Shown: positions 23,565-34,110 of the stretch, piece after piece | Position numbering within the stretch: position 1 is the stretch's first letter | How the letters are laid out: each line of letters opens with the position of its first letter | NCBI GenBank assembly: GCA_963813535.1 | Contig: CAWEZH010000003.1 | Coordinates: forward strand, 928,001-992,000 | Origin: an uncultured Chloroflexia bacterium | GTDB lineage: Bacteria > Chloroflexota > Limnocylindria > Limnocylindrales > CSP1-4 | Length of the DNA: 64,000 nucleotides | Reading direction: 5' to 3' | Position numbers and translations under genes: made by a program | The notes under the pieces: generated by a model | The model's database searches: none | What the model was told of the DNA's origin: nothing | The model's input: only the letters and a program-made list of their open reading frames with translations

Positions 23565-24356
23565 TCACCACGGGGTCCGGCGGCGGACGGCGGGGTCACG
23601 CGGGAATCGATCCGGGACCGCTCCGCGCTCGTCTCTCGTCGCCACGATCAGGCGGTGCGACTCGAGTCCGCGGACCCCGACCTCGACGGCCTCGATGTGC
23701 CCGCCGCCGAGGGCGTCGATCGCCCGCAGCGCGGCCGCCGTCTCGGCCGTCAGGTCACCCCGCTTCCACGCCACGAGTGACCCACCGGGCGCGAGCAGCG
23801 GGAACGCGAGTTCGACGAGGTCGGCGGCTGACGCGACGGCCCGTGCGGTGACGACATCCCGTCGACCTCTCGCCGCCGGATCGCGCGCGAGGTCCTCGGC
23901 TCGCCGCGCGTCGACGCTGACCCTGTCGCCCAGTCCCGTCGCCTCGATCGCGGTGCTGAGGAATCGTGCCTTCTTGGCGGTCGGTTCGAGCAGCGTCACC
24001 TCGATCGACGGGAGCGTCGGGCGCAGGGCCGCGGCCAGCGGCAGACCCGGGAAACCGCCGCCCGACCCGAGGTCGAGCAGCCGCTGGGGTCGGTGCGCGG
24101 CGATCCATGGCAGCGCGGTCAGACTGTCGACGACGTGGCCGGTCGCGATGGCGTCCGCGTCACGGATCGCCGTCAGGTTGATGGAGGGTGTCCACGCGAG
24201 GAGCAGCCGGACATGCCCCTCGATGGCCTGGGCGACCTCCGGTGCCAGGTCGATCCCGAGTGCGTCGAGCCCGCGACGGAGCGCGTCATCGTAGGTGACC
24301 GGCAACCGAGCGGTGTCCTGGACACGCGTCGGGAGCGGCTCGCGCCTGCGATCCAA
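23565..24356 (-). CDS. rsmG: 16S rRNA m7G527 methyltransferase
   Basis: INLTAI, HVVDSL, DLGSGGGFPG, RAE and VTARAV. TTG 24356 follows AAGGAGG. Confidence 0.93.
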   Translation of the reverse strand: MDRRREPLPTRVQDTARLPVTYDDALRRGLDALGIDLAPEVAQAIEGHVRLLLAWTPSINLTAIRDADAIATGHVVDSLTALPWIAAHRPQRLLDLGSGGGFPGLPLAAALRPTLPSIEVTLLEPTAKKARFLSTAIEATGLGDRVSVDARRAEDLARDPAARGRRDVVTARAVASAADLVELAFPLLAPGGSLVAWKRGDLTAETAAALRAIDALGGGHIEAVEVGVRGLESHRLIVATRDERGAVPDRFPRDPAVRRRTPW

Positions 24357-24532
24357 CGGTACGCCTCCTTGGCCGTGCGTACCACGCGGCGCGCCACCGC
24401 TCCCGACGTCGACTCGTCTCGCACCAGCGGCGATGATCGTCCGGTCTTCCGCGATCCATCCGGTTCGTGGCCGGGTCTCCCCGTGCCCCTCGTGGACCGC
24501 GTTACCCTCGCGTCGCCCCAGTGCGGGATGGG

Positions 24533-24608
24533 ACCGTAATAGCCGCGGCGGGGGAGCGTCAACACCCTTATCCACGAAGTCCCCGGGGCAGGACGGTTTG
24601 GTGGATAA
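24533..24608 (-). promoter_or_regulatory. Putative rsmG promoter with two inverted DnaA-box-like 9-mers just upstream
   Basis: TTGACG(24562-57)-N18-TACGGT(24538-33). TTATCCACG at 24568-76 and TTATCCACC (minus strand) at 24600-08. Confidence 0.45.
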
Positions 24609-24621
24609 GTCGCCCCGGAAT

Positions 24622-26115
24622 CTAGTCGCGGGTACCAGCCGGGATGACGCTGCGCGGGGCGCGGACATGCGGCGGCCGAGCCGATGTCGGGACGCGCAAG
24701 CCGCTGGCGCGAACCGCCGCGAGCGCCTCCAGCCGGTCCGTCTCGTGCTCGAGGGCCGTGGTCGTCGCGACGGCGATGAGGTCAGGATCGATCGGCGCGC
24801 CGGGACCCGGCAGGACGAGCACGAATGCCGACCCGACGCCCAGCTCGCTCGCGACGTCGAGCTCGCCGCCCATCCGCCGGGCGAGATCCCGGGCGATCGA
24901 CAGACCGAGCCCGGTGCCGGTGACCCGCTCGTGATCGGCCATCCGGTAGAAGCGCTCGAAGACCCGTGCCCGATCCTCCGCGCCGATGCCCGGGCCTTCG
25001 TCCCGGACCGAGACGATGGCGACCGGACCGTCGAACCGTCCGGTGAGCTCGACCTCCAGGCCGCCGGACCCGAACTTGAGCGCGTTCGACGTGAGGTTGG
25101 TCACGATCTGCTCGACCCGTCGCCGGTCGCCGACCGCGGTCCCGATCCGGTTGGGCAGCGTCGTGACGAGGGGCACGCCGCGATCGAGCGCGATCGGCAT
25201 CAGCGCCGAACCGACCGTGTGCAGCACATCGGCCACGGAGAACGGCTCATGCTCGAGGACCAGGGAGCCCGCCTCGAGCTTGGACAGCTCCAGCAGGTCG
25301 CCGATCAGCTCGGTCATCGATCCGGCGATCGAGCGACATCGCTCGAGGAACTCGCGGGCGACCGCCTCGTCGTCGACGTTGCCGTCGAGGATGAGGTCGA
25401 GGTACCCGGACAGGCCCGTGAGCGGTGTTCGCAGTTCGTGCGCGACCGTCGACACGTACGTGGCGCGCTCGGCCTCGCCGGCCCGCCACGTCGCGAGCTC
25501 CCGCTCGGTCGACATGGATTCGGTGACCAGGGCCAGGGCCACTGCCGCGTGTCGCGCCAGCGACGGCGGCAGGCGCTCGGTCAGCGCCTCGGCGTCACGA
25601 GGACGGGCGAACGCGAACCCGAGGGTCACGTCGCCAGCCGAAGGGATCGGGAGCCAGGCATGATGGGGCGTGGTCGACGTGGCGCGGGGACGTTGCAGCC
25701 CCGCATCGACACGCGACGCGACGACGATCTCGGCCGGCGCCGATGCGGCACGGCGCGCGCGACTGCGCGGGGCGGACGCATCGAGCCAGGCCGCCAGCTC
25801 GAGCGCACCGGGTGCGTCCTCGGGTCCCGACGCCGCCACCGCGACACGACGCTGATCGCCGTCAGCGAGGACCGCAGCCCGCTCCGCACCCGCGATCCTG
25901 GCCAGGAGATCGAGCATGCCCGCCAGCCGCGCTTCGGCCGGACGACCAGACGCCAGGATGTCGAGGGCCATCGCGAGGAGACGTCGCTCCTCGTCGGCCA
26001 GCCGATCGGCGGCACGCCGCAGATGCCGTCGCCGCTCGACGAACGGTCGCGGTGGCGAGATCGTCGGGCCGACGGACGGGAGTGAGCCGGGTGCGATGCC
26101 CGATGGCTCCGTCAT
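24622..26115 (-). CDS. Soluble sensor histidine kinase (HisKA + HATPase_c)
   Basis: AHELRTPL H-box, NLTSNALKF N-box, DEGPGI, FERFYR and GTGLGL; no clear TM. The start is uncertain. Confidence 0.9.
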   Translation of the reverse strand: MTEPSGIAPGSLPSVGPTISPPRPFVERRRHLRRAADRLADEERRLLAMALDILASGRPAEARLAGMLDLLARIAGAERAAVLADGDQRRVAVAASGPEDAPGALELAAWLDASAPRSRARRAASAPAEIVVASRVDAGLQRPRATSTTPHHAWLPIPSAGDVTLGFAFARPRDAEALTERLPPSLARHAAVALALVTESMSTERELATWRAGEAERATYVSTVAHELRTPLTGLSGYLDLILDGNVDDEAVAREFLERCRSIAGSMTELIGDLLELSKLEAGSLVLEHEPFSVADVLHTVGSALMPIALDRGVPLVTTLPNRIGTAVGDRRRVEQIVTNLTSNALKFGSGGLEVELTGRFDGPVAIVSVRDEGPGIGAEDRARVFERFYRMADHERVTGTGLGLSIARDLARRMGGELDVASELGVGSAFVLVLPGPGAPIDPDLIAVATTTALEHETDRLEALAAVRASGLRVPTSARPPHVRAPRSVIPAGTRD

Positions 26116-26194
26116 ACCGGACCATCGTCCCGCCCCGGTGCATCCGGGCGACATCCCCCGACGGCGCTCGGCGCGGGCGCCGAAGGTACCGGGG

Positions 26195-26548
26195 CTAGGA
26201 GGCCCGACTTGGGCTCCGGACAGGCCGGCCGAGCGTCCGACGCACGACGTCGATGACCTCGTCCACGTACTGGTCCGCCTCGCCGCGCTCGGCCGCTGTC
26301 CGCACGCAGCCCTGGACGTGATCCTCCAGGACCAGGATCGACAAGGCATCGACCGCTGCCCGCAACGCCGCGGTCTGCTGGAGGATGTCGACGCAGTACT
26401 CTTCGCGCTCGATCATCCGGGCGATCCCGCGGACCTGGCCCTCCATCCGCGACAGCCGCCGCATCAGCTGCGCCGAATCCTTGGCGTAGCTGTGGCGGAA
26501 GTGGCTCGGGTCGGGGGGAGGGACTCGGCGCGACGAACTCGTGGCCAT
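26195..26548 (-). CDS. csoR: CsoR/RcnR-family metal-sensing repressor
   Basis: RLSRMEGQVRGIARM..YCVDILQQ..LEDHVQGCV (Cys-His-Cys Cu(I) fingerprint). Confidence 0.9.
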   Translation of the reverse strand: MATSSSRRVPPPDPSHFRHSYAKDSAQLMRRLSRMEGQVRGIARMIEREEYCVDILQQTAALRAAVDALSILVLEDHVQGCVRTAAERGEADQYVDEVIDVVRRTLGRPVRSPSRAS

Positions 26549-26555
26549 GGCCGGC

Positions 26556-26585
26556 ATCATACCCCCAGGGGGTATCGAGTCGCAA
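26556..26585 (-). promoter_or_regulatory. CsoR operator palindrome inside the csoR promoter
   Basis: Perfect ATACCCCC-A-GGGGGTAT at 26559-26575, between TTGCGA(26585-80) and TATGAT(26561-56). This matches the G/C-tract CsoR operator type. Confidence 0.85.
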
Positions 26586-26654
26586 TGTGCCGGCGGGTCG
26601 GGCCATGTGTCGTCTCGAACCGGTCCCACGGTCCCTCGGGTAGACTGGCGGCCG

Positions 26655-27179
26655 ATGGACTCCCGCACCCCGTTCGCCCATGCCAGCGAAGCGGAGATGG
26701 CTCGCATCCTCGACTTCTATGCGGTCCGGTGGGAGTACGAGCCGCACACCTTCCCGATCCTCTGGAACATGGAGGGTGACGTCGTCGAGAGCTTCTCGCC
26801 GGATTTCTACCTGCCCGATCTCGACCTGTACCTCGAGATGACCACGCTCCGCCAGAAGCTGGTCCGCAAGAAGAACCGCAAGCTCCGGCGCCTCCGGGAG
26901 CTCTACCCGTCGATCAACATCAAGCTGTTCTACGCGCGCGACTTCCGGGCATTGATGCTCAAGTACGGCAAGCTCGCGCTCGTCGCGGGCCTGTCGGGTT
27001 CGTCGGGCCAGGTGGCGTTGCCGCACGCCGTCGAGGTGACGACATTCCCGGACGGACCGCCGGTCCGTCAGCCAGCCGCCGCACCGCTGGCCGCGGCCGT
27101 CATCGGGACCGGCCGCCGCCGTGCCGCCCGGGTGCCCACGGCGAGCGCCGCGACCGAACCTGAGACCGGCGGTCGATGA
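26655..27179 (+). CDS. Conserved hypothetical protein, PD-(D/E)XK/TnsA-N-like fold
   Basis: FAHASE..WEYEP..FSPDFYLP..LYLEMTT..KKNRKLRRLRELYP; strong coding bias; ATGA overlap with hpt. Confidence 0.8.
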   Translation: MDSRTPFAHASEAEMARILDFYAVRWEYEPHTFPILWNMEGDVVESFSPDFYLPDLDLYLEMTTLRQKLVRKKNRKLRRLRELYPSINIKLFYARDFRALMLKYGKLALVAGLSGSSGQVALPHAVEVTTFPDGPPVRQPAAAPLAAAVIGTGRRRAARVPTASAATEPETGGR

Positions 27180-27769
27180 CCGGCCGGATCGCCGATCTCC
27201 ACGCCGACATCGCTGACGTCCTCCTCACCGAGGAGCAGATCTCGACCCGCGTCGCCGAACTCGGTGCGCAGATCACGGCCGACTACCAGGGCCGCCCGGT
27301 GACGCTCGTGTCCGTGCTGAAGGGGTCGCTGCCGTTCATGGCCGACCTGATGCGGGCCATCGACCTGCCCCTTCGGATCGACCTCATGGAGGTCAGCTCG
27401 TACGGCGGTGCGACGACCGAGTCGTCGGGGCTGGTCAGGATCCTCAAGGACCTGTCGGCCAGCATCGCCGATGAGGACGTATTGATCGTCGAGGACATCA
27501 TCGACACCGGTCTGACGCTCAACTACCTGATCCGCTACCTGCGCGGCAAGAACCCGAAGTCGTTGCGCATCTGCACGCTGCTGGACAAGCCGGCCCGCCG
27601 TCTCGTCGACATCCCGGTCGAGTACATCGGATTCCAGATCCCCGACCAGTTCGTCATCGGCTACGGCCTCGATTACGGCGAGGTCTACCGCAACCTGCGC
27701 TTCGTCGGCGTGCTCAAGCCCGAGGTGTATGGCGTCATGGGCGAGCCCGAGGAGGCCGTCGAGGCGTGA
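27176..27769 (+). CDS. hpt: Hypoxanthine phosphoribosyltransferase
   Basis: VLKGS, VSSYG, IVEDIIDTGLTL, LLDKP and FVIGYGLD. Confidence 0.97.
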   Translation: MTGRIADLHADIADVLLTEEQISTRVAELGAQITADYQGRPVTLVSVLKGSLPFMADLMRAIDLPLRIDLMEVSSYGGATTESSGLVRILKDLSASIADEDVLIVEDIIDTGLTLNYLIRYLRGKNPKSLRICTLLDKPARRLVDIPVEYIGFQIPDQFVIGYGLDYGEVYRNLRFVGVLKPEVYGVMGEPEEAVEA

Positions 27770-28212
27770 CGATGCACCGGCGGCCCCTCGGCGCGGGCCG
27801 GACGCTGGCCGCCATCGGCGGCGTGGCGATCCTCATCGGCTGTGTCCTGCCGTGGTGGCAGCTCGCCCAGCCCGGCGGTGGCCTGCCGCCGCTGACCGGT
27901 AACGGCCTGGAGGCGAGCGGGATCCTCGCGCTGCTGTCGGGGATCGGCACGCTCTTGCTCGTCGCGTTGCCCTACGCCGTCGGCGACCGTCCGACCCCGA
28001 TCGACCGTTGGGAGGTGTTCGCCGGGCTGGCGATCATCGGATGGATCGGCGTCGGCTGGCGGGTGTTCGAGCTGGTCGGCCTTGGCGCCTTCCGGTTCAC
28101 CGAGCCCGTCCAGATCGTCACGAACGGCCCGGGGCTCTGGATCACGGTGATCGGGCTGGCCGTGCTCTCGCGAGCGGCCTTCGTGATGACCCACGAGCCG
28201 CACTACCGCTGA
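27766..28212 (+). CDS. Hypothetical membrane protein (about 4 TM)
   Basis: GTGA overlap with hpt; hydrophobic segments with LPWW and GPGLW motifs. Confidence 0.75.
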   Translation: MTMHRRPLGAGRTLAAIGGVAILIGCVLPWWQLAQPGGGLPPLTGNGLEASGILALLSGIGTLLLVALPYAVGDRPTPIDRWEVFAGLAIIGWIGVGWRVFELVGLGAFRFTEPVQIVTNGPGLWITVIGLAVLSRAAFVMTHEPHYR

Positions 28213-29688
28213 GCGGCGGGGATCGCCTCGCGGTCTGACACCGCCACGAGATCGAGCCGGTCGCTGGCCGCCTCGATGAGGGCCGGGTCATGGGTCGTCG
28301 CCAATACCGTCACGCGCCCGTCGAGCGCCGACAGCAGTCGGGCGACGGAGCGGGCGCCGGCTCGGTCGAGCGCGGCGGTCGGTTCGTCGAGGATCAGCAG
28401 GTCGGGCTCCGCCGCGAGCGCTCGCGCGAGCGCGACCCGCAGTCGTTCGCCGGCCGACAGCCCGTCGGGGGCACGGTCGAGGTGGTCGCCGAGGCCCACG
28501 GCTTCCAGCGCGGCGACGGCGCGCGGTCGGGCGGCATCCGGCGCGACCCCGCGGATCGCCAGGCCCAGCTCGACATTCTCGCGGGCGCTCAGGAACGGGA
28601 CGAGGTCGCGGACCTGATCGACGATCCCGACCCGCGCCGCGCGCAGATGCGCCAGACCGTCGCGATCCAGACCCGCGAGGTCCGTGCCGAGGGTCACGAC
28701 CCGGCCCTCGGTCGGCCGATCGAGACCGGCCACGATACGCAGGAGCGTCGTCTTGCCGCTCCCCGAGGGGCCGGTGATCACGTGGAAGCGCCCCGCGCGG
28801 AATGCAGCGCTCGTCGGCGGCAGCCCGAGCATCTCGGTGGCCCCTCCGCCATAGCGTCGGGCGACCCGATCGAGCACGACCGCGTCCGTCCCATCGTCGT
28901 GGCGGACCGCAGGCGACAACGGTGTCGACGGTTCCGCCAACGGCGGTGCGAGCCAGCCCTGCGCATCGCGGACCGGCATCCGCGGCGCACCGGGACCGCC
29001 CACGCGTTCGGCCACGGCCCGACCGTCCGCGACGTGGATGACTCGATCCGCCACCCGCTCGACCAGCTCGTCATGGGTGACGACGAGACAGGTGCTCCCC
29101 TCGGCCCGCACGAGGTCGCGGAGGACGCCCAGGATCGTTTCGGCCGTGGTCGCGTCGAGCTCGCCGGTCGGTTCGTCGGCGAGGAGCAGGGCAGGACGCG
29201 TGGCGAGCGCGACCGCGAAGGCGACGCGCTGCTGCTCACCGCCCGACAGCTCGTGCCGGAGCGCTGCCCCACGGTCCGGCAGGCCGATCCGCTCGAGAAG
29301 CTCGGCTACACGTCGTGTCCGCTCGGCGGTGGGGACGCCGCGCAGCGCGAGCGGCAGGGCGATGGCCTCGGCGACGCCGGAGGTATGGCGACAGCGCGCG
29401 ACGATAGTGCTGCTCGACCACGCCCACGCGGGCCCGCCGGTGCTCGTCGAGCTGGCGATCGGTGGCGTCGGTCAGGTCCTGTCCGAAGACCTCCAATCGT
29501 CCGGCTGACGGCCGGTCGAGGCCGGCCACGAGCCGGAGCAGGGTCGACTTCCCGGAGCCCGACGGCCCGATGACCGCGGCGACCTCACCCTCCGCGACCA
29601 TGATGTCGAGGCCGCGCAGGGCTGGCACGGGTCCACCCGGGCTCGGATGGATCCTGATCAGCCCGGAGCCGACGATCGCGTCAGCCAT
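28203..29688 (-). CDS. ABC transporter ATP-binding protein with two LolD-like ATPase domains; +1 frameshift at ~29375
   Basis: First domain has GPSGSGKS, then LSGGEQQR and ADEPTGELD after the shift; second domain has [13 protein letters not shown] and LDEPT. The span is 1486 = 1485+1. Confidence 0.85.
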
Positions 29689-32600
29689 CGGCCCGCTCCG
29701 GGCCGGCCGTCCACGTGCCAGCTCGTCGGTCGGCGCGACCGCCGCGCCGCTCACCGAGGGTCGTTCGGCCGTAGGTTCGAGCCGCGAGCAGCGCGACCGT
29801 GCCGAGCACGATCGCCAGCACCCCGCCGACGACGGCCGCGATCTCGAAGGGCGGCAGGACGACGACCAGCGGTGGGATCGGCAGCCGGCCCTCGGCGTCG
29901 ATCGCCAGCGCGCCGGTCACCACGACGGCCAGCGCCAGACCGGCGACAAGGCCGGCGATGCTGCCGCCGATCGCCAGCCAGGCGGTCCGTGCGAGGGCGT
30001 GCCAGCGCAACGACGACGGCGGCACGCCCTGCGCCTCGAGGTCCGCCAGCTCACCGCGTTCGTCGCGAAGGTCGGTCACGGCACCCATCACGAGCGCTCC
30101 GATGGACAGCGTCAGACCGGCCAGTGCCGCCACGACCTGGGCCCAGACGATCGCCTGGCTCAGCGGGTCGGCGGCATGCTCCGCGACCAGGTCGGAGCGG
30201 GCGGCGACCTGGGCGAAGCGGAACGGCGGCTTGGCCAGCGCCGCGCGGACCTCGGCCTGGCGGTTCGGGTCCGACACGCTGAGCCACATCTCGGAGGGCC
30301 GGCCGGAACCCGGGACGGCCGAGGCGACCGACACGATGAACGGGTCGAGCGGGACGATGACGAAGCGTGGCTCGGGGTCGACGATCGAGGGTGCGCGATC
30401 GGCCGTGCCGACGATGCGGATCGGGATGGTGCCGCTGCCCAGGTGGAGGTCGAGGGTCCCGTCGGCCGTGCCTCGGCCGCGAGGTCCGGGCTGACGACCG
30501 CCGGCAGCGCCAGACCGTCGGTGACCTGCGGCGCCCGGACGATCACGGCACTGACCGTGAAGACCTCGAGGCCGATCGGCCGTTCGTCGACGAGGCCGTC
30601 GAGCCCCTCGAACGTCACCGTCGCCTGGAAGACCCCATGTTGGTGGCCGGTGCCCGCGACGATGCGATCGTTGTAGAAGACGAGCGTGGTGAGCAAGCCG
30701 CCGATCGCACTCTTTGGCAACGGCGCCGAGGCGCGGGTCATGCCGTCGCGCACCGTGCCGAGCGGGATCCGGGTCGAAATCACCGTCCTTCGTCCAGACG
30801 ATCGCATCGAGCCGCATGGGTTCGCCTTCGTAGCGGAACCGCAGGTCGAGCTGCGGCGAGCCTGCCGGCAGGGGATGGCCAGACACCGCCCAGCCGCCGG
30901 ATGGCGGATCGACGTGCAACCGGTCGGCCAGCTCTTCCACCGGCACGGTCGAGAAATCACGGCGCCAGCCGGGGAGGCTCGGGAGCTCCGCTGGGTCGAT
31001 CCCCAGGATGTCGACGCGGCTGCCGGGCTGGGTCGTGCTGCCTTCCCGGAACACGGGCACCGCCGTGACGTCCGACCCCAGCGCCGCGTAGCGCTCGACC
31101 GGCACGACCGAGGGCGCGATCGACAGGCCGGTGCCGAGCTCGGTCACCCGCAGGTCCAGTCCGGAGCGATAGGCGGCGGCGTCACCGATGCCCGCGCGCA
31201 GGGTGGCAGACCAGCACGTGGCGAACACGATCGCCCCGAGGCTGAAGGCCAGCAGCACCACGGTGGCCGCGGGTCGGCCGGGATCGCGCGACAGCGACAG
31301 GAGTGACAGCCGGACGGGGAGCGGCGCCCGCGTCGAGCGGCGGCTGATGGCACGGAGGAGTGGTGGCATCGACGTGGCCAGCAGGAGCGCCGCCACGAAC
31401 GCCAGCGCCGGCGGGAGCAGGACCACGATCGGGCTGCTGACCGACCGTGCCAGCGCCGCCGCGTCGAGCGGGCCGGTGCTCGCCAGCTGCCAGGCCAGCA
31501 CGACGATGGCGGTCAGCACCATCGCGACGATCGTCCGCACGCCGCCGCCCCACGACCGTCCCGGCGCTGTCGCGAGCACCGTCGTCACGATCGCGACCAC
31601 GATGACGACGACCGCAACGGCCAGCGGTCTCAGGCCCAGCGTGGCACCGGCGAGGATCGCGCCCACGTCGGCCCCGGCCCAGCCCGCGAGGATGGCCACG
31701 ACCAGGGCACCACCCATCCAGCCAAGGATGCTGCCGAGCACGGCAGGGATGGCCGCCTCGAGGACGAGGAACCGGATCCGGTCTCGCCGCCGGGCACCCA
31801 CCGCCGTCAGCCGCGCGACCTCGGCGGCCACGTCGTCCCGGACGACGAGCGCGAGGAACACCGCGAATGCCAGCAGGATCGCCACGCCGAGGGAGCCGAT
31901 GAGGAGCAGCCGCGCCGAGGCGGCATCGGCTTGCCCGAGCGCGACGGCGATCATCGTCAGCGGGCTCTCGACGCTGTACGCGGCATCAGCGGCGGCCAGG
32001 TCGCGGGTCAGGTCCTCGACGGCGCCCTGGAAGGAGGCAGCGGTCCACGGATGGATGGCACCGACATCGACGGGAGCGGTCCACACGTACGTACGCCCGG
32101 TGAGATCGAAGGCCGGGCCATTGGAGATCGCCTCGACACCGTCGACCATGAGCACTGCCGGGCTGCGCCGGCCGGTCTGGTAGTCGCCGCCACCGATCGT
32201 GATCTCGCCGAACGGGCCGCGCTGGTCGAGGGCACCGAAGGGGACGGCGGGATCGATCAGGCCTCGGCCGACGATCGTCAGCTCGAGGTCCGGCGAGGGC
32301 CGCGCCGTCGTGAAATCGAACTCTGGCGCGGTCTCGGACAGGAGCAGCGCCTCGCAGGCCCGGCCGTCGACGCACGGGGCGGGGAGTCGCCCGTCGATCA
32401 GTGTCACGAGGGGTGCCGGTTCGTCGACGCCCACAACGAGCTCGAACACGGGCAGCTCGAGATCCTGGAGCTCGCGCGTCACCACCCCGCGCGTCGGCGG
32501 GAGGGTCAGGCCGCCGAGATGGGTCGCGATCGCTTGTTCGCCGAAGTCGGTCACCGTCCCGTAGTCCGTGGCGGTCGCGGCGAAGCGCGAGACCCGGACC

Positions 32601-32785
32601 AGCGGCCGATCCACCCCTGCCCCGTCGAGCGAGCGCGCGACGGTCGCATCCGCCGCCACCAGCCCGATGCCCGACACGATGGCGATCAGGGCGGCCGCCG
32701 CGCCGACGGCCGCCATCGCGATCAGGGCGGTCGCACCACGTCGACGGAGGCGGGCGAGAACGAGCGACGTGATCGGGCCGGCCAT
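29681..32785 (-). CDS. Large FtsX/MacB-like ABC permease (two permease modules); compensating frameshifts at ~30778 and ~30470
   Basis: Two TM clusters with [11 protein letters not shown] and ELADLEAQG motifs. The ~30470-30778 stretch reads sensibly only in ORF 30160..30960 ([11 protein letters not shown]...[10 protein letters not shown]). Confidence 0.82.
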   Translation of the reverse strand: MAGPITSLVLARLRRRGATALIAMAAVGAAAALIAIVSGIGLVAADATVARSLDGAGVDRPLVRVSRFAATATDYGTVTDFGEQAIATHLGGLTLPPTRGVVTRELQDLELPVFELVVGVDEPAPLVTLIDGRLPAPCVDGRACEALLLSETAPEFDFTTARPSPDLELTIVGRGLIDPAVPFGALDQRGPFGEITIGGGDYQTGRRSPAVLMVDGVEAISNGPAFDLTGRTYVWTAPVDVGAIHPWTAASFQGAVEDLTRDLAAADAAYSVESPLTMIAVALGQADAASARLLLIGSLGVAILLAFAVFLALVVRDDVAAEVARLTAVGARRRDRIRFLVLEAAIPAVLGSILGWMGGALVVAILAGWAGADVGAILAGATLGLRPLAVAVVVIVVAIVTTVLATAPGRSWGGGVRTIVAMVLTAIVVLAWQLASTGPLDAAALARSVSSPIVVLLPPALAFVAALLLATSMPPLLRAISRRSTRAPLPVRLSLLSLSRDPGRPAATVVLLAFSLGAIVFATCWSATLRAGIGDAAAYRSGLDLRVTELGTGLSIAPSVVPVERYAALGSDVTAVPVFREGSTTQPGSRVDILGIDPAELPSLPGWRRDFSTVPVEELADRLHVDPPSGGWAVSGHPLPAGSPQLDLRFRYEGEPMRLDAIVWTKDGDFDPDPARHGARRHDPRLGAVAKECDRRLAHHARLLQRSHRRGHRPPTWGLPGDGDVRGARRPRRRTADRPRGLHGQCRDRPGAAGHRRSGAAGGRQPGPRGRGTADGTLDLHLGSGTIPIRIVGTADRAPSIVDPEPRFVIVPLDPFIVSVASAVPGSGRPSEMWLSVSDPNRQAEVRAALAKPPFRFAQVAARSDLVAEHAADPLSQAIVWAQVVAALAGLTLSIGALVMGAVTDLRDERGELADLEAQGVPPSSLRWHALARTAWLAIGGSIAGLVAGLALAVVVTGALAIDAEGRLPIPPLVVVLPPFEIAAVVGGVLAIVLGTVALLAARTYGRTTLGERRGGRADRRAGTWTAGPERADG

Positions 32786-32811
32786 CCGCGCATGGTAACG
32801 TATCAACGGCG

Positions 32812-33399
32812 ATGAACACCGTTACATCGGTCCTCGGCGCGGACGCTGCCCTGGGGTTGGCGAACAGCCTCCATGGGCCGGGGGCGCACTATCGCCGACG
32901 CGCGCGGGACGGTGAGCCGGCGCATGACCATCTCGACACCCCGGGCCGGGCCGCCGAGTTTCTCACGACCCACGACATCCCCGATCCAGGACGTGCCCCG
33001 ACCGAGGACCAGCTGGTGCGGCTCCGGGACATCCGTGATGCCGTGCGTGCGCTGGCCGACGCCCCGACGTTCGATGCCGACGGATGGCGCGCGGACGTGG
33101 ATCGGGTCCTCGCCCGCGTCGACTATCGACTCGGCGTGGATGGTGCGATGCGGTCGGCCGCCGCCGGATGGGATGGCATCGCCGACGACCTCCTGCCGGC
33201 GGCCCTGGCGCTAGCCGCGGAGCGCGACCGCCTCCGCCGCTGTGGCAACCCGCGCTGCCGATGGCTGTTCGTGGACCGCTCGCGACAGGGCAACCGGGTG
33301 TGGTGCGAGGCCGCGGTGTGCGGCAACCGGATGCGGGTGGGTCGGCATCGGCGGCGTTCGGCAGCGGCGACGGTCGAGACCCGCCCGGCCCGGGCCTAG
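32812..33399 (+). CDS. CGNR zinc-finger (ABATE) domain protein, probable regulator
   Basis: RLRRCGNPRCRWLFVDRSR..RVWC..CGNRMRV. Confidence 0.92.
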   Translation: MNTVTSVLGADAALGLANSLHGPGAHYRRRARDGEPAHDHLDTPGRAAEFLTTHDIPDPGRAPTEDQLVRLRDIRDAVRALADAPTFDADGWRADVDRVLARVDYRLGVDGAMRSAAAGWDGIADDLLPAALALAAERDRLRRCGNPRCRWLFVDRSRQGNRVWCEAAVCGNRMRVGRHRRRSAAATVETRPARA

Positions 33400-34106
33400 C
33401 CGCCCAGGTACGCCTTCTGGACCTCGGGGTTGACCATCAGGCGGTCGGCCGAGTCCTGGAGCACGATCTCGCCGGTCTGGAGGATGTACCCACGCTTGGC
33501 GATGCCGAGCGCCATCAGCGCGTTCTGCTCGACCAGCAGGACGGTCGTGCCCGAGGCATTGATGTCCTTGACGATCTGGAAGATCTGCTCGACGAGGATG
33601 GGCGCGAGACCCATCGACGGCTCGTCGAGGAGCAGGACCTTGGGCCGCGCCATCAGCGCCCGGCCGATCGCCAGCATCTGCTGTTCGCCGCCCGACAGCG
33701 TGCCGCCGTTCTGGGACGCACGCTCCTTGAGCCGCGGGAACAGGGTGTAGACCCGCTCGAAGTCGGCATCCCGCTCGGGCCCTTTGGGTCGCTGGAAGGC
33801 GCCCATCTCCAGGTTCTCGAGCACGGTCATCTTGGGGAAGATGCGGCGCCCCTCGGGTGACTGGCAGATCCCCTTCACGACCACATCGTGGGCGGGCGTC
33901 CCGTCGAGACGCTGGCCGTCGAACCAGATCTCGCCCTCGCGCGGCCGGAGGAGCCCGCTGATCGTCTTGAGCGTGGTCGACTTGCCGGCGCCGTTCGAAC
34001 CGATGAGCGTGACGATCTCGCCCTCGTCGATCGTGATCGAGATCCCCTTCAGGGCGTGGATATTGCCGTAGTACGTGTGGACCTCGCGCAGCTCGAGCAG
34101 GGCCAT
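33396..34106 (-). CDS. livF: Branched-chain amino acid ABC transporter ATPase
   Basis: GSNGAGKS, PEGRRIF, LSGGEQQM, LDEPSMGLAP and LVEQN. Confidence 0.95.
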   Translation of the reverse strand: MALLELREVHTYYGNIHALKGISITIDEGEIVTLIGSNGAGKSTTLKTISGLLRPREGEIWFDGQRLDGTPAHDVVVKGICQSPEGRRIFPKMTVLENLEMGAFQRPKGPERDADFERVYTLFPRLKERASQNGGTLSGGEQQMLAIGRALMARPKVLLLDEPSMGLAPILVEQIFQIVKDINASGTTVLLVEQNALMALGIAKRGYILQTGEIVLQDSADRLMVNPEVQKAYLGG

Positions 34107-34110
34107 GCGG

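Noticed and set aside
24560-24625. Replication origin
   Set aside because: Only two imperfect DnaA boxes, no AT-rich unwinding element, and no dnaA, dnaN or parAB nearby.
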